Below, in pieces: positions 56,184-64,000 of a DNA stretch of 64,000 nt (within the stretch, counting starts at the first letter, position 1; every line of letters starts with the position of its first letter). The DNA comes from Asterionella formosa (taxonomy: Eukaryota). Below the pieces are notes generated by a model. It was not told where the DNA came from. It saw nothing but the letters and a program-made list of their open reading frames with translations, and did not search any database. Made by a program: the position numbers and the translations under genes. The stretch lies in the NCBI GenBank assembly GCA_002256025.1, contig NKIB01013053.1, forward strand, positions 1 through 64,000, in the 5' to 3' direction.

Positions 56184-57929
56184 CTAGAAACATCCAGCTG
56201 TCGCAATACCTATTACACAACAGCTACATTGGACACTACAGGGAACTATAGCTTCGATGCTGGAACAATAGGAAGTGGGAGCAGTCCCAACAAAATTATT
56301 GCCTGACAAATCCAAATGATAACTGACTTGAAGGGACGGCAACGAACCAGTTAGTCTGTTTGATGATAAAGTCAAAACCTGAAGATTCAATAAATTGCCA
56401 AAAACTTCCGGTAGTGATCCCGTGAAACCATTGGCATCCAAACTGAGCACAGCAAGTTTGGTTAAAATTCCAATAGTTGTTTGAAGGGTCCCAGTAAGGT
56501 CATTGTAGCTCAAATCAATAGTTTTGAGGCTTTTGTCTAAGAGTCCAAGCTCAGATGGCAAAGTCCCAATGAAAGCATTTCCTCTCAAATCAATTTGAGT
56601 GAGTGCTGTTAGTAATCCCACAGATGAAGGTAGAGACCCAATTAAACCGGTATTTTTCATGGTGACTGACTTCAGATTTGAAAGGAGGCCTAATTCTTCG
56701 GAAAGGGTACCAGTAATGGAATTCGCAGAAAAGTCTAGTTCAACAAGCGATGTGAGACTGTATAAGCCTTCGGGAATGGTACTTGACAAGATGAGATTGT
56801 TGAGAATCAAAGACGTCAGCTTTGAAAGGCGGTGAATCCCTTCAGGAATGGACCCTTCGAAATTGTTCGAGGACAGATCGAGCACCTTCAACTTAGCCAA
56901 CTCCCACAACTCTACAGGAATGCGCCCGTACAACGAATTTACGGACAAGTTGAGGTACGTTAACGCAGGAAAAAAGCGAAAGATGGAGCTTGGCAGCTCT
57001 CCATTGAGCTTTTGACCCAACAAATTGATTGCTGAAACTTTTAACAAAGAATTGCATGTCACACCTTTCCATTCGCATTCACTTCCCGTTCCCAACCACT
57101 CAGTGGAGTACGTGGACGACCACCCTCCTAAGCTGAGATGCAGCAGTGCGAGCCCAAACCGCTGCTTAATTGTATCGTTGGTTGCGAAAATCCCCGAAAC
57201 ATCAGCCATATCTATGGCAGACCACCAAAGTGCAATGTTCTCCGGGCTGCATTCGTCATCTGGACCGCTATATTCTGAAAACAGCTGCGAGGCTCGAATG
57301 TCAGAGTAAATCGTCATGGTTGATTCAGACGAAATGGAAATTTTCGAAAAACAAGAGCATTGAAGGACTGGGGAAGGATCCGGTACGGGAAAAAAATCGC
57401 ATTCACCAGCTTGAGTGGCAGCACTTCCATGCGAGTTTCGATTCTCCTTGCTTGCAAAATAGGCCCCTAAGCCTCCTCCGATCATGGCAGCAACAACCAC
57501 TACAACGACAATCGCCACATGCCACCTTCGCTTGTTCGTCTCCTTCCTCAGAACGACATCAGCATCTATTGTTGGCACGATGCGAAGTGGTAGTGCTGCC
57601 GACGATCCGTGTGTCATTTCCTCTGGTGCGGGACCTGGACTAAAGTCCGTGTCCTCAGGCAATGAAGCTGTCGGATCCCAGGATCGTGTGCTGCTTCCCA
57701 ACAGTCCCGAAGTATCTTGCAGCATCCTTTGGGATCTGCGAATCAGTTGTACGGCATAGGCTCCAGGAGTGGTGGTGGTACCATCCGAAGACTCCATGTT
57801 TGCTTCTCTTCCTCGATTTATTGTCCTTGCAGATGTTGCAAGGAGCGCTTCTTCATTGGTAAGAGGACCTAGCGCGGCCTTTTCGCGGCGCTCCACAGTA
57901 ATAGACATTCCTCGGCTTGGACGACTCAT
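56184..57929 (-). CDS. Membrane-anchored LRR protein
   Basis: Cytoplasmic N-terminus with PGAYAV, TM helix, Cys cap, about 11 LRRs, C-terminal CSVQCSCC. Confidence 0.92.
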   Translation of the reverse strand: MSRPSRGMSITVERREKAALGPLTNEEALLATSARTINRGREANMESSDGTTTTPGAYAVQLIRRSQRMLQDTSGLLGSSTRSWDPTASLPEDTDFSPGPAPEEMTHGSSAALPLRIVPTIDADVVLRKETNKRRWHVAIVVVVVVAAMIGGGLGAYFASKENRNSHGSAATQAGECDFFPVPDPSPVLQCSCFSKISISSESTMTIYSDIRASQLFSEYSGPDDECSPENIALWWSAIDMADVSGIFATNDTIKQRFGLALLHLSLGGWSSTYSTEWLGTGSECEWKGVTCNSLLKVSAINLLGQKLNGELPSSIFRFFPALTYLNLSVNSLYGRIPVELWELAKLKVLDLSSNNFEGSIPEGIHRLSKLTSLILNNLILSSTIPEGLYSLTSLVELDFSANSITGTLSEELGLLSNLKSVTMKNTGLIGSLPSSVGLLTALTQIDLRGNAFIGTLPSELGLLDKSLKTIDLSYNDLTGTLQTTIGILTKLAVLSLDANGFTGSLPEVFGNLLNLQVLTLSSNRLTGSLPSLQVSYHLDLSGNNFVGTAPTSYCSSIEAIVPCSVQCSCCVIGIATAGCF

Positions 57930-58891
57930 GGTTGATACATGTTGTGTTCAAAAAGTCAATGGCAAGGAACAGAACATTAATTCTATGTGCGATGGGCCCC
58001 TTCGGAATATATGCACATGACCGCTGCTGTCAGAGAGAACTGCAAGTAATACTCTCTCTTTGCGGTCACAATATAATCATTAAGTACAACATTATGTACA
58101 AAATATCTTATTGCACCAGCCATTGCAGCATTGCAATAGCATCCTTTGACATCCTTCGCCCCTTCGGTTTTTACATACAATACAAACATCCCATATACTG
58201 TGGTGGATTCTTCAAATTGTTTACTTGGGACAGGTAAATTAATCACGTTTCTAAGCAATCCCAATTACGGTATCTGGTACAGGTAATTGGCGATGTACAT
58301 GGTACCTGATACCTGATTGCACCCCTAAATATCAATGCCTCCTTGGAGTTTTGTACATAGTCTTGAGTCATGTTATTTAGTATTACAGCACTGATGTATA
58401 GCCCATTCGTGACTAAATCCAAGACAAGGATATAGTTCACCACTTATACGCATATATAATATATGTACAACACACGAAGAAAAACTTTCTACCGGGACTG
58501 CAAGTTTGACGATGATCATTCATGAGTTCAATAAATGTTATCAAATCCTTATATATTTACATTTCTTATGAATATTCATACCGGTATATATGAATAGTTT
58601 TCCGGACAACACATAACGGAATCAAGTTTAGACATTTATTATTTCCGATGGTATTTTTTAACAGTACTTTAGATTGATGATATGACAATACATGTAACGG
58701 GGTTTTCTCTAATTTAACTTTATGGAATACTTTTAATTGTACACAGTAGCATCTCGACCCATACTTCGTCTCCAAAGGAGACATTTCGACGAGGAGAGTG
58801 ACTTCTTTCCGTTTTGTCGACAGGAACAGAGGATTGAATCTTACCTCAATATTTGTTGATCATCGCTCTATCGTATAGTCACTCGAGAATA

Positions 58892-60607
58892 ATGTCTGCA
58901 GGTAGCATCTCGTCAGGAAGGGGCAAAACGCGAAGGGATGATGCCGAAGAAACGGAGACTTGGGGCCAGCCCTTTCCGCTGGGAGGTTCCCTCGACCAAC
59001 TATCTAATCACACTCGGCAATTTGTCATGGACTCAGAAAGCCCTCCTTATAAGCCCCGACCGTCAATGACAAAGTTGGATAGTATGGGCTCATCCATGAT
59101 CTCCATCGCTCATTTTGATGACTCCCTCTCCGATCTTCGCGACAATCTCGAGAGATTTTCACAGGAAGGGACCAAGGCGCGAATGACCAACAAACCTTCC
59201 AAACAAACGAGGACTGCTTCTGTGCTTAGTAGTAGTCACAAAAAGATTCTGATTGCTTATTATATTTGGCTATTCACAGCTACAGCTGTGTTTACAGGTC
59301 TTGCCGTGAGCATGCACATGCAATCCAAAAACGCAGTCTACACCACCATTGGACAGTGCAACAATGTGTCTGGGAACCCTTACTTGCAATGTATCTGTGG
59401 CCAGAGTCAAGTCACTGGTGACGTCTCGGAAATTGTGGATCTTCGTTTCATGGAATTGAATATTCACTTTGGACTTGAAAGGGGTGCGATTTATGACACA
59501 AACTCTTGTCAGAACCCATACAATGTAGCCCTTTGGTGGCTGGCTATGAAGACTGAAAGTCTAGATGCCAAGAGACTGATGACTCTGTTTTCATTGGCGC
59601 TTTTGTACCTTAATTTAGATGGAACTAATTGGAACCATCAGACTGATTGGATGTACCATGAAGTGAACGAGTGTGATTGGGGAGGAGTCACTTGTTCCTA
59701 TGAGTTGCTCGCTGACCCGTCCACTACAAACGTTGATGCTGGTGTTGTGGTACAATTGGTTTTGGACAATATGAAGTTATCCGGGAGTTTGCCCAGCGAG
59801 ATTGGCTTGTTGACCGACTTGGAAACGCTGAGCTTGGGCAACAACGATTTCTGCGGCAAATTGCCAAAAGAAATTTTGGGTCTGACCAATCTTCAAGAGT
59901 TGTCATTGCAAGGAAACGCGTTTGAAGGCACAATACCCGATCCAACTATTTTCTCACATTTAAAAGTTTTGGTACTTGGGAACAACAAGTTCTCTGGAGT
60001 TCTTCCAGAGAATAGTCTCTATAAATGGACAGGACTACAGGAGCTCATTCTTGAGAGTAACTCTTTCTCGGGAAGTTTACCAAGCTCACTGGCAACGTTG
60101 ACACAGCTATCCAACCTTAATTTGGCCAAAAATACCTTCAAGGGGGCGATGCCGGACATTTTTGCACTGACAGATCTAAAATGGCTCATTGTGAATGATA
60201 ACGAACTGACCGGAACATTGAATAATTTCTTCCCTAATAGGTTGGAAACTCTTGATATGTCCAACAACATGTTCAACGGTACCCTACCAAACAACTATGG
60301 TAGCCTATCCAAACTCAGCATTTGCAACCTCGGTCACAACAAGAACTTAAGGGGAAAACTTCCGAGCGAATACGGTTCATTGTACAATCTCAATGTACTC
60401 GGACTCTCCTCGTGTCAACTGACAGGAATCATTCCATCGGAACTTGGAAACTTGGAAACGATATCAATATTGGATTTGGGAAATAACATGTTTAAGGGCA
60501 ATATGCCAATGGAGGTGTGTAAATTGAAAGTGACTGGGTTCTTACAAGAGCTGTTGGTGAATTGTGACGTGAATTGCACCTGTTGTCCCAACGACTGCGA
60601 TGCTTAA
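58892..60607 (+). CDS. Membrane-anchored LRR protein
   Basis: TM helix, NPYLQCIC, ALWWLA, ECDWGGVTC cap, LRRs, C-terminal CDVNCTCC. Confidence 0.92.
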   Translation: MSAGSISSGRGKTRRDDAEETETWGQPFPLGGSLDQLSNHTRQFVMDSESPPYKPRPSMTKLDSMGSSMISIAHFDDSLSDLRDNLERFSQEGTKARMTNKPSKQTRTASVLSSSHKKILIAYYIWLFTATAVFTGLAVSMHMQSKNAVYTTIGQCNNVSGNPYLQCICGQSQVTGDVSEIVDLRFMELNIHFGLERGAIYDTNSCQNPYNVALWWLAMKTESLDAKRLMTLFSLALLYLNLDGTNWNHQTDWMYHEVNECDWGGVTCSYELLADPSTTNVDAGVVVQLVLDNMKLSGSLPSEIGLLTDLETLSLGNNDFCGKLPKEILGLTNLQELSLQGNAFEGTIPDPTIFSHLKVLVLGNNKFSGVLPENSLYKWTGLQELILESNSFSGSLPSSLATLTQLSNLNLAKNTFKGAMPDIFALTDLKWLIVNDNELTGTLNNFFPNRLETLDMSNNMFNGTLPNNYGSLSKLSICNLGHNKNLRGKLPSEYGSLYNLNVLGLSSCQLTGIIPSELGNLETISILDLGNNMFKGNMPMEVCKLKVTGFLQELLVNCDVNCTCCPNDCDA

Positions 60608-61274
60608 CATCGTAGCAACTGAGGGAGTTGGTCGCCTCCTCTTCGAGGTGGAATTTGGAACCTGTGTCTCAATAACATTTCATCGATCTGTATGTGGCAA
60701 GGAATTCACAGAATTTAAGTTTGCAATTCTTTGTGGCATCCAAAATATGCATTCTAAAGTTAGAGATTGCTCCTACCTTTTAGGTTTTTCATTATTTCAT
60801 TTAAGATGCTGGTGTGCCGGTGGGTTCAACTTTCTCTATTATCTCAGAAGATGCTAGGGAATTGTTTCTAGTGACGTCTCAGTTTTGCCCTGGAACAATA
60901 TGGCAAACTACTTTTAGGTAGTGAACTGATAAGATCTATGTAATTTATGTAATGAAGGGGAAATCAGTTTTCAGAAGTTTGACCCCTGAAGTAGTTGCAT
61001 AGTCTTCATATCAAACTCTTATTGATCGCACGACACCCCACTATCACTCTCAACATCAAGTCACACCTACGATGATAGCTAGTTCCCTGATCCACATGAA
61101 AGGAGGAGAAAAATTATAGATACATACGACAACAAGCACTATTTTGTCTTTTTTATTTTTCAATTGCTGGTCGCGTTTCAGTCTAGTTTGCGCGCAATTT
61201 CGAACACGGTTGTATGCTTCTTGTTACGAGTTGGAAAATTCATCCATGATGGACCATATCCACCTATTCCAACT

Positions 61275-63177
61275 TTACGCAGCACACCATCCACCACTAG
61301 GAGGTCGGCAAGTTGTTTTACCACTGCTCACGTCAGCGGGTGCCACACAGCAGGTATAACCACCACTACAGGTGTCGACATTTCTTCTACAGTTATTCCA
61401 GTTGGGCACAGTCGAAGATGAAGCGCAATATGTAGCACTTTGGTTTGGTCGACAAGTGGCTTTGCCACTGGAAACATCAGCAGGTGCGACACAGCAAACC
61501 CAATTATTAGCGCAAGTGCTCGATCCACGTGTGCAGGTACTCCAGTTGGGAATTAGGGGCTGTGATTGCCCCACACTAATGCAGCTGCTACCAGCAAGGT
61601 AATTGCCAATGGCACTTCTTGACTGTGGGCTAAAGCCGTTGGCCCCACTGTTGACTGTCGGCTCCATGATCCATTCGACATTAGAAGTAAATGGATCATG
61701 GTTATAACCTGTTGTAGATAGTAGGCAGCAAAGGTTAAGTGCATGATGCAAGGTATTGCAGGTATTTGGGATGTGATTCGACAACGTACCAGCATTGTGT
61801 CCCAGTTCGTGGGCAAAGGAAACGGTTTGCGACTGTAGGTCTCGAGATGCAAAGTTATGTATAGCGTAAGAATTTGAATTACAAAGGTTTCTTGTCCATG
61901 CACATCCAACTATACTGGACTCGAACGAAGTCCCAGTGAACAAGTGAGCTGTGTCTCGATTCACTGAGCTTCTATTGGTATTAAAGTAATTTGTGAACCA
62001 ACGGAGCAGTCCATCTCCTGAACAGCCAGATTGTCTGCTTGCGGTACCGGCTCTGTATGGGTCTGTGCTGGGATCGCAAAAGCCCTCCATGTGAGTAATC
62101 TGGATCTTGGTGCAAAGATTACTCTGATAGATAGAGGAGGCACGAGCAACGATCTGCTGAGCAATGGCATTTGCATTGTTAGCGCCGCCAGCTTCCCTGC
62201 AGAATGAAGAATCGTACGCAATCGCAAGATCAATAACTCTGAGTGAACCACATCCTGACTGTAAGTTTCTTTCGTCCATTACTGACGAATCAGCTCCTCT
62301 CGCCATCAAGGTTCGCGACTCGTTTCCATTGCTACCATCTTTGCTCGGATCTGCATGCGCCAAAACGAATTGTTTCATTGCCTTTTTATCAAGAGCTTCA
62401 GGAAGCATAATAGCAAGTACTCCGTCTGAAATTTCATGCATTTGCATATTTGATCCATCCGTGTAGGTGATATCGACCGTTTCCACGTTTCCTCCAGGTC
62501 CTTTTGTTACCAGCATAGTACTATCAGATTCAACTTTCATGAAAGTGGCCGCTGTAGGACGTGCCTTCGCCTTTCCCTCAAACATATAAGTGGCATCATC
62601 AGAAAACACGTCCATAGGGATGAGACCTTCCAGTGAGTGTACGGCACCATTAACCTTAATTGTGTTACGCTTCGAAATCTTTTGCATGGGCAAGTCTACC
62701 CCCTTTTTCATGTGGTGACGTGACATGAACTTATCCATAATTTCAGTGGAAGGTACCTCGAACAAGGAATCATCATCATCTTGCTTCTGTTTCTTTGTCT
62801 TCTTCAGGACTCTGCTCACTCCTGCGCCCTTCATTCCCATCCCATTTGACCCTAAGACAGACGAAGGAGTTGCATTGATGCTGTGAGGCTCCTCTTCTTG
62901 AGACACACTCCTATGTCCGCGCAGTTCTCCCTGTACGGATGAGTTCCGAAAATTAACAAGTATTCAAAAAGAGAAGTTGTTAGAAACGTTAAAACAGAAT
63001 GTCGGGACATGTGTGTGTTCCTCAGTGTGTGTGTCATAAAATAATGAGAGGCCATTGGATCAAACGGAGGGGTGGTGATACTATGAAGATACCTACTTTT
63101 AGTCCCTCAATGTTAGTGATTGCCATGAGAGCCAATAAGACCGATAGAAGGATAGATTTCTTGTTGAGTTTAGTCAT
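61275..63177 (-). CDS. Secreted metzincin (M12B reprolysin-like) metalloprotease with two C-terminal Cys-rich repeats (exons 63177-63097, 62930-61790, 61708-61275)
   Basis: Exon 1 encodes a signal peptide (MTKLNKKSILLSVLLALMAITNIEG). Motifs IDLAIAYDSSFC, RDTAHLFTG, spliced HELGHNAGYNH, Met-turn WIMEP, FSPQS. Confidence 0.9.
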
Positions 63178-63708
63178 CTTGCTGGAAGTGTTGACTGAAA
63201 CGAGTGAATACAATGGTTTGCAATTTCTGGCCTCTTGCTATTTTGGATTTTATGAGACATTCATATCCACTTGTTATTTCGAATGAACTAATCGTTTTCA
63301 AAATTGCACAATCGAAGCATGACTTTTTGTTTGTACGATCATCCATGAGTTGGGTTCCGAGTTGATGCTTGTGTACCATGATCAGCATGGTGTCATGCAT
63401 GTTTGAATTGTGATGAGTCGATTATTTCGCTGTATGATTACTAGCAAAATGCATTGATGATTTAAGTCATGCATAATAATCCTATCCCGCAGTATATCGG
63501 AATTTTAATCTTGCTTCTTCTTCTTACTGGCTGGAATCATGATGCTCGTCAGGGTACCAGGTACCGTACCGTAATTGGTAAAATTAAACCCAAGTTGTAT
63601 TTTCCCGTCGGCCTCTGTTATGTGTCTACTGCGTCATTTTAATACTGGCACGGTATTGATCTAAAAATACTAGTGGAAGCACCGTGTTACAACAGTATTT
63701 GCCAGTAG

Positions 63709-63761
63709 AAAAATTAAACCCGGTTTAACTGGGGGTTTAATTTTTTGGTTTAATTAAACCA
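63709..63761. repeat. 13-bp inverted repeat hairpin followed by a 16-bp perfect palindrome
   Basis: AAAAATTAAACCC-11 nt-GGGTTTAATTTTT, then TGGTTTAATTAAACCA. Confidence 0.75.
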
Positions 63762-64000
63762 TAACTGTACGCACGATCATCGTAGGAATATACACTGTAC
63801 GAGTACATAAAATTAGCTATTACACTGTAGTACCTGGTACCTGGTACCGGTCGTACACACAAATTAAACCCCATCCTCATTCATGCACCGGTACCTGGTA
63901 CCTGGTACCAGGTACTCGGTATTTCGGTATGCAGCAGCGGTAAGGAGAGGAAGGTGTGACTGATGGGACACCAACAGCAGGTGAAGGAGGGAAGTATGAG

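Overview
Eukaryotic nuclear DNA, most likely from a diatom or another secondary-plastid stramenopile. The basis is short GT-AG introns, bipartite signal peptides with ASAFAP-like plastid-targeting motifs, diatom-type (CoDi-like) copia elements and an RxL processing motif. The first ~8.3 kb holds the 3' end of an intact Ty1/copia element (RT-RNaseH, PPT, LTR) next to a decayed copia on the opposite strand. The rest is gene-dense: SufD-like, CSN1, COX16-like, a CLC transporter, a SHAQKYF-type Myb factor, a TPT-family transporter, a GT23-like glycosyltransferase, an FAD monooxygenase, a RING-CH ligase, a family of membrane-anchored LRR proteins, an M12B-like metalloprotease and several pseudogenes. 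The most striking gene (45842-48775) fuses an 8-TM microbial-rhodopsin-like domain to a PAS-like region, a histidine kinase and a receiver domain. It keeps the Schiff-base Lys and has Glu at both counterion positions, making it a candidate single-polypeptide light-sensing phosphorelay. Other notable items are an ~90-bp TIR mini-element family (4 copies), an in-frame intron splitting the protease zinc motif, two tRNA-like Pol III heads and a degenerate ~140-bp tandem array. All family assignments come from motif recognition by eye; no database searches were run.
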